Assembly (NCBI GenBank): GCA_034520885.1
Contig: JAXHNE010000005.1
Span: 77,748 to 141,747, forward strand
DNA: 64,000 nt
DNA from: Candidatus Saccharimonadota bacterium
Lineage (GTDB): Bacteria; Patescibacteriota; Saccharimonadia; Saccharimonadales; JAXHNE01
Reading direction: 5' to 3'
Shown: positions 36,364 to 45,006 of the stretch, piece by piece
Position numbering within the stretch: the first letter of the stretch is position 1
Layout: each line of letters begins with the position of its first letter
Program-made: the position numbers and the translations under genes
Notes under the pieces: generated by a model
The model's database searches: none
Seen by the model: the letters and a program-made list of their open reading frames with translations, nothing else
What the model was told of the DNA's origin: nothing

Positions 36364-36414
36364 GTAGTGTTATAATAAAATTATTCGACAAGTTATTTTA
36401 TTTGGAGGTTAATT

Positions 36415-36744
36415 ATGTCAAGACACAATGAATTTCCCAACTGGGGTGAGTTTGCCGCACCAGAAGAAATCGGGGTAATACAAGCACGGGTTGACGGGCT
36501 CAAAGCTGGGCTCAAAGCGGGTGGACTGCCTGGAATTGAAGTAAGTTTTATAGATGACCCAGACGCGGCAGGAGCAATGCATGCAAACATAGCGAGAACG
36601 CTCGGTAATAACTATAGCCCTAAGGGATGGGCTTCAACTGCGCATGAAAAGGTTAGTGCTGGTGAAGTATATGTCAATTTTACCGGAACCCCTGCAGCAA
36701 TGAGTGCATATAGAGAAGCAGAAAAGTCAGAACAAGACATCTAA
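36415..36744 (+). CDS. hypothetical protein
   Basis: 109 aa, with GGAGG before the ATG. Confidence 0.5.
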   Translation: MSRHNEFPNWGEFAAPEEIGVIQARVDGLKAGLKAGGLPGIEVSFIDDPDAAGAMHANIARTLGNNYSPKGWASTAHEKVSAGEVYVNFTGTPAAMSAYREAEKSEQDI

Positions 36745-36897
36745 AAAAGAATCTACCGCCCTTAAAGTCTCATAATCCGCAAGTCGATAAAAAGTGGTTA
36801 CTCGACATCTTTGTTGCATAACTGGGGTAGGTGTGGTATATTCTTCTCTAACGCCATCCATCTCTTAATAAATTACACCGAGGAAGAGGAGAATTAA

Positions 36898-37164
36898 TTG
36901 ATTTCAGCGGAGAAGAAAAGCAAAGTTGTCAAAGACAACCAACGAAAGAAAGAAGATACCGGAAGCCCGGAAGTGCAAGTCGCGATTTTAACGGAGCGCA
37001 TTACCGAACTGACCGATCATCTAAAGGCCAACAAGCACGATTATATGGCTCGCCGCGGACTATTGCAGGCCGTTGGCAAGCGTAAGCGATTGCTGAAGTA
37101 CCTGGCCCAAGAAGACGGCGAGGCCTACCTAAAGCTAATCAAAAAGCTCGGTATTCGCCGCTAA
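36898..37164 (+). CDS. rpsO: 30S ribosomal protein S15
   Basis: [51 protein letters not shown] start. Confidence 0.95.
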   Translation: MISAEKKSKVVKDNQRKKEDTGSPEVQVAILTERITELTDHLKANKHDYMARRGLLQAVGKRKRLLKYLAQEDGEAYLKLIKKLGIRR

Positions 37165-37373
37165 ACGTAATTTAACAGAGAACAGATGACAGATTCCAGA
37201 AATTTAACAGAGAACAAGTGCCAAACAACTTTTAAACCGAGTCGTTTGTAGTTTGTAACCCGATAAATTTCTGATCCTTCATCCACCGCCCTTCGCAATA
37301 ATTATTTTTTGCCAGAATCGTTTTTATAAAATATTATAATTTAGAATGAATAAAAACAAGCCAATGGTAAAAA

Positions 37374-37622
37374 TACAATCGAGTGGTTGTAAATTTACAA
37401 TCGGACAATCGGGTCGGGGCAACAGGTGTTACAATCTGTACCCCAGATGAATGGGACAATCCATAAGCGGACATTCATCGCCCCATCGAATAGGACATTG
37501 CCACAGGACAATCATAATATTATATGGCGTACAATGCCTATTGCCAGAGACCGTACAATGATGTGCTACGTATCTTTGCATTGCTGTCGGTCTACTGGTG
37601 GACAATGCGACAGCGGACATTG
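37374..37622 (+). repeat. iteron array: 12 same-orientation copies of (G/T)(G/T)ACA(A/T)T(C/G)
   Basis: GGACAATC, GTACAATG, GGACATTG or TTACAATC at 37374, 37395, 37403, 37429, 37454, 37469, 37493, 37506, 37529, 37553, 37600 and 37615. Confidence 0.8.
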
Positions 37623-37706
37623 CTGTAGCACGGAGTCTACTCGGTCTATGTCGTGGCGCAACAGTTACAACTACTATGAATATGTTGTGATTTTGTTCTT
37701 GTTATG

Positions 37707-37733
37707 TATACGAAGAATAATTTAAAAGGTTAC
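37707..37733 (-). promoter_or_regulatory. cassette promoter, weak variant (CGTATACA)
   Basis: -10 at 37707-37712, -35 GTAACC at 37728-37733, N16. Fires toward the iteron array. Confidence 0.35.
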
Positions 37734-37816
37734 ATTAGTATTGTACAATGATGATTATTAATTATTTTTATTATCTTTGTAACATAAAAAATAATTGTAA
37801 TATAAAATAAGTAATT

Positions 37817-37994
37817 ATGGCAGAATTTAAAATTGGAGACGTCAGTATGTCTCAAGTCAGGTAGTGTTCCATTAACCATTGAAGAGTTATCCAATGGTAT
37901 TGCTCATGTTGTGTGGTTCAACGACAACAAGGAATTAAATAATGTGTATGTTAATGTTAAGACATTGAAGACTTACATTGAACCAAAAGACTAA
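37817..37994 (+). CDS. DUF2158/YodC-like small protein, frame broken by one extra nucleotide
   Basis: MAEFKIGDV then, after removing one nt near 37843, VCLKSGSVPLTIEELSNGIAHVVWFNDNKEL.... The span is 178 nt, not a multiple of 3. Confidence 0.55.
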
Positions 37995-38307
37995 TGAAAA
38001 ACCCAGAGGGTAACCACTCCCTCTGGGCATTACTAACCAATAAACACAATTTGTAAGGGGTCACAAGTCCCTCACGATTTGCCTGTCTAACGAACGACAG
38101 GTCTTTTGAAGTGTCTTTAAAACTGAATCGTTTCGGTATCTGGAATTCAATTGAGAATCCATTTATGACATCACCAACCCTAAAGGTATAGGTTGTATAC
38201 TGTGGCATACGGAGCACTGACCTCTTGGGAATGTATTTCAGTGGGTATAGTACTACATTCAATATCTTCACTGCTACTGGTATACTTTTGGGTTTTGTCC
38301 TTGCCAA
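37957..38307 (-). CDS. hypothetical protein
   Basis: 116-aa ORF. It is in the same frame as 38314-38862, separated only by a TAG at 38314-38316. Confidence 0.35.
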   Translation of the reverse strand: MARTKPKSIPVAVKILNVVLYPLKYIPKRSVLRMPQYTTYTFRVGDVINGFSIEFQIPKRFSFKDTSKDLSFVRQANREGLVTPYKLCLLVSNAQREWLPSGFFISLLVQCKSSMS

Positions 38308-38313
38308 GGAGTT

Positions 38314-38862
38314 CTACAACCCAGAGTTTTTTATTAAAAGTCTTCGGGGCGAACTGACTACCGTACTTATACCTATAGAAGTCCCACCAGTGTTTGTCGT
38401 TAACGCCTTGGTCATCGAATATTGTTGTTTGTATTGCTCTGCAAGGTCTTTGTTATTAATTAAAACATAGAACATTATCAGGTCTTCGACTTTAACCAGA
38501 TGTGGTCTTCCCATGCCTTTGAGGTTATCTGCACTGAGTTTACCCGTGGTATAATACCTTTGCATGGCTTCATGAGTCCCATAACATGTTTTATAGTTCA
38601 GGGCGAGGTATTTCTCGAAGTGGGACATGTCTTGGTCTCTGAGGATATCGCTACGGGTTCTAACGTAACCCACAAGGAATTCATAATTCCTGAAATCCTT
38701 ATCGTGCTCTTTCGTCCTGATGGGATGTTCACAGTCTTCATTATATTCTCTTATGAGTCTGGCATTGCAACCAGCAGCCAGTGCTTTGCGTAGACTTAGT
38801 GTGGCTGCGAGTATATTTGTTTTGGGACTGTCCCAATTGGTATTTATGTCTGTCTCCGTCAT
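38314..38862 (-). CDS. hypothetical phage protein
   Basis: 182-aa ORF preceded by the promoter cassette at 38903-38929. Confidence 0.55.
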   Translation of the reverse strand: MTETDINTNWDSPKTNILAATLSLRKALAAGCNARLIREYNEDCEHPIRTKEHDKDFRNYEFLVGYVRTRSDILRDQDMSHFEKYLALNYKTCYGTHEAMQRYYTTGKLSADNLKGMGRPHLVKVEDLIMFYVLINNKDLAEQYKQQYSMTKALTTNTGGTSIGISTVVSSPRRLLIKNSGL

Positions 38863-38902
38863 TTTTATATTGTGTTTGGTTAATATTCTTCTTGTGTTAT
38901 TA

Positions 38903-38929
38903 TATACGATGACGGCTTCGAAAGGTTAC
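38903..38929 (-). promoter_or_regulatory. cassette promoter GTAAC-N16-CGTATA
   Basis: -10 at 38903-38908, -35 at 38924-38929. Drives 38314-38862. Confidence 0.6.
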
Positions 38930-39107
38930 AGTAGCATCGTACAATGGCATAGTTTAGAATCATTGTAGATAAGCGTACAATGACTGAACTTATTTTAATT
39001 AAAAGAACCCCGTACAATCTCTTGCACGGGGTTCAGGTATTCCCCTCCAATTGTACATTACGTACAATGCTTTAATACGTTTTAGTCTCTTGGGTCTCCA
39101 GTGAACA

Positions 39108-39473
39108 TCATCTGGGGTTTTCAATATCTGTGTCCCAGATTGTCAGGAGTTGCCACTGGTTGTCATCGTTACCAGTCAGCATCTGATGTGCTTGTTTGAG
39201 ACTATACACAGATGAACTGTCTTCCATTAAAGGATGTGTTAGACCTTCCTGTGTAGTGCCGTCTTCACCGAAGACCTGAAAGCCTATTACCTTGGCATCT
39301 TCATTGAGTTCAACTGCTTCAATAACAGCGTGTAGTTGTTCATCACAGCACCATCCCACTTCTTCACCGATTTCTTCTTGGTATTCGTTATTGCGATTGG
39401 GTTTAACCCATGCTTTGACTTCAACATTATCGCTGTTGCAATTCTGGCATACATAAACTGTTTTTGTCATCAT
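39108..39473 (-). CDS. hypothetical phage protein (N-terminal CxxC)
   Basis: 121-aa ORF. Confidence 0.5.
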   Translation of the reverse strand: MMTKTVYVCQNCNSDNVEVKAWVKPNRNNEYQEEIGEEVGWCCDEQLHAVIEAVELNEDAKVIGFQVFGEDGTTQEGLTHPLMEDSSSVYSLKQAHQMLTGNDDNQWQLLTIWDTDIENPR

Positions 39474-39505
39474 AATTTCTATGTGTTTGGGTTAAATGTT
39501 TTTAA

Positions 39506-39668
39506 TTAATATAGTTCTTCATCATCGAAATCGAAATCCATTACTTCGCCCTTTGGGGTTCGAATTCGTCTTCATTGAATCTCATTAGTTCAGTGGTACT
39601 CAGGGATTCCAAGAAGGCACGATTAGTGGCTTCGTATTTGATATCATCACTTTTATACTTAGTGGACA
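39506..39668 (-). CDS. small acidic protein, one frame break
   Basis: MSTKYKSDDIKYEATNRAFLESLSTTELMRFNEDEFEPQ, then shifted to KGEVMDFDFDDEELY. The ATG overlaps the upstream stop (ATGTCCACTAA). Confidence 0.4.
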
Positions 39669-39907
39669 TTATCGGAATCGATTAATGATTCTTTACTGGA
39701 TTTCTTTGTCATAGTTTTAGGTATTAGTGTTACATTCTTATACGATTTCCACTTGGATTTGTTACGATTTATTTCACCAAACATTGTGTTTATTTGTTCC
39801 CTGACGATAATAGCGTCTTCCAGAGTCTTGCGTTCTGCAATACCCAAGGGCATTGTTTCATCATAACCTGTTTCGGTGTCTTCGATTGTTACGTATACTT
39901 TATACAT
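39659..39907 (-). CDS. hypothetical phage protein
   Basis: 82-aa ORF. Confidence 0.5.
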   Translation of the reverse strand: MYKVYVTIEDTETGYDETMPLGIAERKTLEDAIIVREQINTMFGEINRNKSKWKSYKNVTLIPKTMTKKSSKESLIDSDNVH

Positions 39908-39930
39908 GATATCTGTTTTTAATTAAAATC

Positions 39931-40137
39931 TTATTGGTTACCGCATTCATTACAGAACCCGTCATCATCACAACTCTGGAGATGCTGTCCTGATTTCTTG
40001 CATTCCTGAACGTCTTCTGATTCTTCGAAGTCTGCCCACTTGTCTTCTGGCAATGAGTGTTTCAGTACCTCATAAGGTAATCTATTCAGGAGTTCATCCA
40101 GAACCGTCTGGTCGCCATGATAATAGTCGTCCATCAA
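39931..40137 (-). CDS. hypothetical small acidic protein (C-terminal CxxC)
   Basis: 68-aa ORF. Confidence 0.45.
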   Translation of the reverse strand: MMDDYYHGDQTVLDELLNRLPYEVLKHSLPEDKWADFEESEDVQECKKSGQHLQSCDDDGFCNECGNQ

Positions 40138-40531
40138 TTGCCTTTATAACGGCATCAACCAGTTCAATCTTATCTCTGGTATCTGGTTCAGCGTTATCCA
40201 TCTGACAGAACCTCACTTCTTGGACAATGGTGTCATCAGTAAGGCGTATATTCTCAATGACATCGACATTCATTGGGAACAGGTCTTCTACGTCTCCTGT
40301 TTCGGTGTCAATTGTTTGAACACAGAGTTGGTCGTGGTCATCGAGGTCTCTGAGGATGTGTCTCGAGTTGACCAACGGTATCAATGCGTTCACCGTACAT
40401 TGGTACTTGCTGTAGTTGGCATTGCTTTGCGTACATATCTCAAACGCTTCAACGGCTTTCTGTTCACCGTGTGCGCTTAATACATTAAGGATATATTGAA
40501 TATCCATGTGAAGTTGTTTTACTTTTCCCAT
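40094..40531 (-). CDS. hypothetical phage protein
   Basis: 145-aa ORF preceded by the cassette at 40563-40589. Confidence 0.55.
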   Translation of the reverse strand: MGKVKQLHMDIQYILNVLSAHGEQKAVEAFEICTQSNANYSKYQCTVNALIPLVNSRHILRDLDDHDQLCVQTIDTETGDVEDLFPMNVDVIENIRLTDDTIVQEVRFCQMDNAEPDTRDKIELVDAVIKAIDGRLLSWRPDGSG

Positions 40532-40562
40532 TGTGTTATTTTTATTGGTTTGTGTACAATCT

Positions 40563-40589
40563 TATACGAACATTCTCTGTAAAGGTTAC
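40563..40589 (-). promoter_or_regulatory. cassette promoter GTAAC-N16-CGTATA
   Basis: -10 at 40563-40568, -35 at 40584-40589. GTACAAT motif in the leader. Confidence 0.6.
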
Positions 40590-40946
40590 ACCTTATCGGG
40601 GTTTAATACGATTTCAAGGGTCTCAGTAATGAAGTCACATCCACAATCATCACAACTGCTCATTGTATCAGGGAAGTCGTAATCCAGTCTTGTGTTTTGG
40701 CTTCCACAATGTGGACAATCAGCAACTGATTTGATTTTAAGTGGGTCTGAGTTCATTCTGACCACAGATAAGACATTCAGTACAGAAGTGTGGGGTCTTG
40801 GCATCGCAACCCGTACAATGCTTATAACTGACGTTGCTGTTTGGGTGTTCATCCATGTACTGGTTACAATAGGTATAAACAGCCGTTGCTCCTTGTTTTT
40901 CGTAGGATTTCTTTACAGGTCTGTGTAATATGTTTTAACTTTTTCA
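40586..40946 (-). CDS. zinc-ribbon protein, frame broken
   Basis: ATG 40946 follows the cassette. Cys-pair segments HCTGCDAKTPHFCTECLICGQ and CPHCGSQN...CDDCGCDF lie in different frames. Confidence 0.4.
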
Positions 40947-40973
40947 TTGGTTTGTGTTTTTGGTGTACAATCT

Positions 40974-41000
40974 TATACGAATAATATCGATTAGGGTTAC
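40974..41000 (-). promoter_or_regulatory. cassette promoter GTAAC-N16-CGTATA
   Basis: -10 at 40974-40979, -35 at 40995-41000. Confidence 0.6.
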
Positions 41001-41114
41001 AAAGGCGAATAACCATGCGATGATTAACATAGTTATTCACCTTATGTTTTGCGGTGATTAGACATTGACTCCGAGTTCCTGTAAATTGGTACTCAGGATA
41101 AGCATCACCGTGTT

Positions 41115-41555
41115 TCATTTCTCTTTGATACATTCGACATTCATTTGCAATATTGTTGCTGATACCTCGGACAATGGACGCTTGAAATTGTAATAACTGT
41201 ATGTCATTGCATCAGGTTTGCCAACCAATATACATGTCTTCATGCGCTTCTCTAATTTCTTTTGTTCCTTGGCTTTGAGAAAGTCTTCGAACAAAATGTC
41301 AATAGTATTTTCAAGACTGTTTTTAATCTTAAATGTACCATAGTCGATATCAGGTAAGGTCTTGCAATAGGCTTCTGCCTGTGCTATGACTTCATTGTCC
41401 TGTTTTGAGTTTCCTCGATCAGTCTGTGCAACCACCGTGACCATCATTTTTAACGTAGCCGACATTCTTACCACCAATATACAGGTCAGCGACAAAACAG
41501 TTAGTCTCTTCAGACATTCGTTCGCTAAATTCAACTTTTTTAATTCGATTTTCAT
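41115..41555 (-). CDS. hypothetical phage protein
   Basis: 146-aa ORF. Confidence 0.5.
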   Translation of the reverse strand: MKIELKKLNLANECLKRLTVLSLTCILVVRMSATLKMMVTVVAQTDRGNSKQDNEVIAQAEAYCKTLPDIDYGTFKIKNSLENTIDILFEDFLKAKEQKKLEKRMKTCILVGKPDAMTYSYYNFKRPLSEVSATILQMNVECIKEK

Positions 41556-41600
41556 TGTGTTATATTTTATTGGTTTTAATTAAAGTTGTTGTTATCGATT

Positions 41601-41627
41601 AAAAACTGGTTGCTATACCGCAACCAG
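41601..41627 (-). terminator. intrinsic terminator
   Basis: CTGGTTGC-GGTATA-GCAACCAG followed by T5, at the end of the GP88-family gene. Confidence 0.6.
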
Positions 41628-42457
41628 TTCTAATTTTTGTACATTGCTAACATCGGCTTTCAGTTGAGCAGGACTAATAACAAAACAACTGTTTAATACC
41701 TGTTTTTCAACTTGCCTGTTTGCAATACGTTTCCATTTTCAGACCTATTATAATACCATCGGCATCATCAACCCTATAGTCGGTAAGGTCGCCATTTACC
41801 ACGTTATAGCCACTATATTGAGCAGGTAATTCACTTTCTTTTTTGACATCGAATACCGTTGCTACATTGTGACCACGTTCAAGCATTGCTTCACATGAGT
41901 TCCAGTTCCTGCCTGTGTATGAGAGACGTTAAGTGGTAGTTAGGTGCAAGGTTATTGAATTTATTGGCGTTTTTCGTATAGTCGTAAAACTGTACATCAG
42001 GAAATATTTCGAAAATGTTTTGACCGTTAACTCTAACATTTTCCCAGTCGATATCCGAAGTACAATTTAATCTAACTGAAAAGAAATAACCATCTTTTTG
42101 TGCTTTTACCTGTTTTGCTTCGATATCAGCAATAAGCCACTGCATAAAAAATTCAGGTTGTTCATAAAACAATTTAGTTTTTTTGATACGTGCATTTAAG
42201 ATAGTGCATTTACCGCTAAACTCTTCAACGGCAACCCTACCGCTTGTATTTAAGCAACCCATACGGCATTCAGGTGTGCTATGTGAACACGTATTATAAC
42301 CACTTGTTTTGGCGGGTGCAAGGTGTAAGCCGTAGGTATACTGGTTGCTTACCTACCGCTTTTAAGCAGTTTTGCGCTTGCATTGATACTACCTAAATAG
42401 GGATAAACCTGTTTGTCTTTTTGCGTCTGCGATACTCTTAAAATTCATTGCTTTCAT
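41613..42457 (-). CDS. GP88-family phage protein, reading frame interrupted >=4 times
   Basis: Pieces in three frames read MKAMNFKSIADAKRQTGLS / YLGSINASAKLLKSG / VSNQYTYGLHLAPAKTSGYNTCSHSTPECRMGCLNTSGR... / EAMLERGHNVATVFD...VNGDLTDYRVDD. Confidence 0.6.
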
Positions 42458-42483
42458 TGTGTTATGGTTTTGGTTATGGTTAT

Positions 42484-42510
42484 TATACGAAAATAAGTTG
42501 TAATAGTTAC
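42484..42510 (-). promoter_or_regulatory. cassette promoter GTAAC-N16-CGTATAAT
   Basis: Drives the GP88-family gene (ATG 42457). Confidence 0.6.
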
Positions 42511-42576
42511 ATCTTAATTAAAATCTTTTTGGTTATTTACAATTTATTTTCGTGTGTGTCTGTGTGTGATAGTTAT

Positions 42577-42603
42577 TATACGAAAATAAGGTGTGAAAGT
42601 TAC
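42577..42603 (-). promoter_or_regulatory. cassette promoter GTAAC-N16-CGTATAAT, tandem to the previous
   Basis: No ORF before the next promoter, about 95 bp downstream. Confidence 0.5.
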
Positions 42604-42612
42604 GACCTGTGC

Positions 42613-42695
42613 TTATTTAGAACGGTTCTAAACTCAGAGTATCGGGTAGGGTTGCGATTACCGCACTGAGGTTATACCCTCCGTTGTTGTCTTAT
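42613..42695 (-). ncRNA. promoter-driven small RNA candidate, copy 1
   Basis: About 80 nt between a cassette promoter and the hairpin TTTAGAA-CCG-TTCTAAA. No ORF. Homologous to copy 2. Confidence 0.5.
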
Positions 42696-42701
42696 ACTTA
42701 T

Positions 42702-42728
42702 TATACGAAATAAATTAAAAAAGGTTAC
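42702..42728 (-). promoter_or_regulatory. cassette promoter driving small RNA copy 1
   Basis: -35 lies in the 3' arm of the hairpin AAGGTTGCG-AAAAA-CGTAACCTT. Confidence 0.6.
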
Positions 42729-42756
42729 GTTTTTCGCAACCTTTTTTAATTAAAAT

Positions 42757-43068
42757 CTAAACTTCTAATTCAAATACGCATTCCAGCATCAACTCAATTT
42801 CTTCACCCTCTGTTATCCATTTGTCGATTTGTTTCATGGTATAGCCATAAGCCATACAAGCATCAAGGATTTCACGATAACTGTAATCATCGTAGTCCAT
42901 TTCCTGCTCAAATACTTCGGTTTCCCCTGTTAAGGGGTCGATACAACGGTCTTCACGAAAAGCATATGTTTTGTCTTCAATGATTTCTTTTCGCATTTGG
43001 TTACAACTGGGGTCAGTTACTACCCAACCGTCTTGTTCCAGTTTTTTGATTTCGTCTTTTGTTGTCAT
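42757..43068 (-). CDS. hypothetical small acidic protein
   Basis: 103 aa with its own cassette and terminator. Confidence 0.55.
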   Translation of the reverse strand: MTTKDEIKKLEQDGWVVTDPSCNQMRKEIIEDKTYAFREDRCIDPLTGETEVFEQEMDYDDYSYREILDACMAYGYTMKQIDKWITEGEEIELMLECVFELEV

Positions 43069-43093
43069 TGCTTTGTGTTTTGGTTATAGTTAT

Positions 43094-43121
43094 TATACGT
43101 AAAAACCCCTGCAAAGGTTAC
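43094..43121 (-). promoter_or_regulatory. cassette promoter GTAAC-N17-CGTATAAT
   Basis: -35 lies in the loop of the CCCCTG/CAGGGG terminator hairpin. Confidence 0.65.
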
Positions 43122-43149
43122 ACTTCACAGGGGTTTTAATTAAAATCTT

Positions 43150-43365
43150 TTACTTAATCATTGGAATGTAATTCATTACTTCCAGTACTGCGTCTTCATC
43201 TTCCTCTGAAAGGTCAACGCTGAATACGTCTTCTGACTTGTCACAGGGTTGAACATCAAATTGCCAATCACTGTTTTTATCCTGCAACCATTTCTGAATT
43301 TCTTTTGCTGCTTCGAGCGGACTATCCGCATCGACTTCGATTTCCAATACTACTCTGTTTGTCAT
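43150..43365 (-). CDS. hypothetical small acidic protein
   Basis: 71 aa with its own cassette. Confidence 0.55.
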   Translation of the reverse strand: MTNRVVLEIEVDADSPLEAAKEIQKWLQDKNSDWQFDVQPCDKSEDVFSVDLSEEDEDAVLEVMNYIPMIK

Positions 43366-43393
43366 AATTTTTGTGTGTTTTGGTTATAGTTAT

Positions 43394-43420
43394 TATACGA
43401 TATTAATTAAAAAAGGTTAC
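43394..43420 (-). promoter_or_regulatory. cassette promoter GTAAC-N16-CGTATAAT
   Basis: Drives 43150-43365. Confidence 0.65.
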
Positions 43421-43427
43421 GTTTTAA

Positions 43428-43459
43428 ATAAAAAAACCCCCGTGTAACCAGCACGGGGG
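43428..43459 (-). terminator. intrinsic terminator
   Basis: CCCCCGTG-CTGGTTA-CACGGGGG followed by T7. Confidence 0.8.
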
Positions 43460-43504
43460 CATAACCCATAACCATAAATCACAATCAAATATTTTAAATT
43501 TCGT

Positions 43505-43825
43505 CTACAACGGCTCGGAAACCACCTTCATCTTCTCTATACATTTGGAGTTTGGGTGAAAAACTCTTACAAGATGACCGTTTATTTGTGTGTAGTATCC
43601 GAAGTAACTACCGTCTGTTAGAATATCGGTTTTATTTTTCTTTAAATACGTTATAAAATCTTCTTCTTTGTCTCCAAGTGGATAACCAGTTTCGTGTTCG
43701 ACTTTCAATTCGCTGAACGGAATTGTTCTCGGACTCAGATTCTTTGTGGTTTTGGTTATCCTGATAGCGAATCTACCAAAGGGTTCTAACTTGAATTCCT
43801 GTGATTTTGTTAATGTGATTTCCAT
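43505..43825 (-). CDS. hypothetical phage protein
   Basis: 106 aa with its own cassette and a strong terminator. Confidence 0.55.
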   Translation of the reverse strand: MEITLTKSQEFKLEPFGRFAIRITKTTKNLSPRTIPFSELKVEHETGYPLGDKEEDFITYLKKNKTDILTDGSYFGYYTQINGHLVRVFHPNSKCIEKMKVVSEPL

Positions 43826-43850
43826 CGCTTTGTGTTTTGGTTATAGTTAT

Positions 43851-43877
43851 TATACGAATAATTTCAGTCAGGGTTAC
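43851..43877 (-). promoter_or_regulatory. cassette promoter GTAAC-N16-CGTATAAT
   Basis: Drives 43505-43825. Confidence 0.65.
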
Positions 43878-43923
43878 ACACCCATGAGTTTTAATTTTTG
43901 ACCTGAATTAAATGGGTCATAAA

Positions 43924-44082
43924 TTACAGGTCTTTGTCATCATCGAAGTTCTGTTCTAAGTATGAACTATCAATAGTAAACATTCCACCTGATTGCTCAT
44001 GCTTAAAAACGGACATTGATACTTCTGCCTTTGTGTCGGGGTCTGTTACTGTGATTTCCTGTACGAATTTTGCTGTGTTCAT
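43924..44082 (-). CDS. hypothetical small protein
   Basis: 52 aa (MNTAKFVQEITVTDPDTKAEV...). Below the ORF-track cutoff. Confidence 0.4.
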   Translation of the reverse strand: MNTAKFVQEITVTDPDTKAEVSMSVFKHEQSGGMFTIDSSYLEQNFDDDKDL

Positions 44083-44104
44083 TGCTTTGTGTTTTAATTA
44101 AAAC

Positions 44105-44353
44105 TTAACTATGATAATCAATTCCATCGGTATTCATACCTGTACAATCGGCTTTCTTTTCATAGTCCAGAAGAAATGACCAATGCATTGCAGGTAGTTC
44201 TTCATCATTCTGTGCTTTGAAATAATCAGGCACGGAATAATAGGTTGTTTCTTCACACTCTACAATTTCTTCGTAGGTGCTTGATTGGTCGATACCATTA
44301 CCTGTTTCGGTTGGCACGACTGCTACTCTTAAATCTCTTAAGTCTGGGTTCAT
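44105..44353 (-). CDS. hypothetical small acidic protein
   Basis: 82 aa with its own cassette. Confidence 0.55.
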   Translation of the reverse strand: MNPDLRDLRVAVVPTETGNGIDQSSTYEEIVECEETTYYSVPDYFKAQNDEELPAMHWSFLLDYEKKADCTGMNTDGIDYHS

Positions 44354-44379
44354 TGCTTTGTGTTTTGGTTATAGTTATT

Positions 44380-44406
44380 ATACGAAAAAACCCCTGAAAG
44401 GTTACG
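44380..44406 (-). promoter_or_regulatory. cassette promoter GTAAC-N16-CGTATAAT
   Basis: -35 lies inside the CCCCTG/CAGGGG hairpin (44392-44418). Confidence 0.65.
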
Positions 44407-44431
44407 TTATTCAGGGGTTTTAATTAAAATC

Positions 44432-44709
44432 TTATCTTCTTTCGTAGTACAGTTTCCTGATTTTCCATAAATGGTCTTCGGTGTAATCTTTACCCATTAC
44501 CTTATTATAGAATTTCAGAGCAGGAAGTAAATCATTGACGTTCTTCTCGCCTTCGTAGTCTGTGAACCCATCTGAACTAAACGTATAGTCCAGAATATCA
44601 ACTGCTGCAAGTAGACAAGCCACAACAAGCAGGTCATAAGGTTTACGTGCTGTCTTACAGAAATTCCAACGGCTGTCTTCATTGATTCTGTCAATGAAAA
44701 ATGTTTCAT
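44432..44709 (-). CDS. hypothetical protein, one frame break
   Basis: ORFs 44515-44709 and 44432-44623 overlap in different frames. ATG 44709 lies 3 nt after the upstream stop. Confidence 0.4.
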
Positions 44710-44712
44710 GGT

Positions 44713-44973
44713 CTAAATCACGTTCGGCATTCCCATTAAACCAGACCGCATCTGCTGTGAATTCGGGTTCGTTATCTCCCTGACCACCTCGGATTTCGAG
44801 AGGGTCATCTGAACAATAACCACCTGCTGTATCTGTGGTTTTGGGTAGTTCGCCATGTAATTTTCTACATGCTTTTGAGAATTCCTTAAAGTCTTCTTTA
44901 GTATTCTCGGCTTTTGGTATCCAATAATGTGTGTATCCGATAATTGTAACGCCCTTTTGGGGTCGCCCTCCAT
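44713..44973 (-). CDS. hypothetical phage protein
   Basis: 86 aa with its own cassette. Confidence 0.5.
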   Translation of the reverse strand: MEGDPKRALQLSDTHIIGYQKPRILKKTLRNSQKHVENYMANYPKPQIQQVVIVQMTLSKSEVVREITNPNSQQMRSGLMGMPNVI

Positions 44974-45006
44974 TTTTTGGTTAATAATTTGGTTTCTTAT
45001 ACTTAT

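Noticed and set aside
37426-37725. ORFs 37426-37725 (+) and 37429-37620 (-)
   Set aside because: They span the iteron array and have no start context or cassette. Their amino-acid composition is driven by the repeated heptamer.
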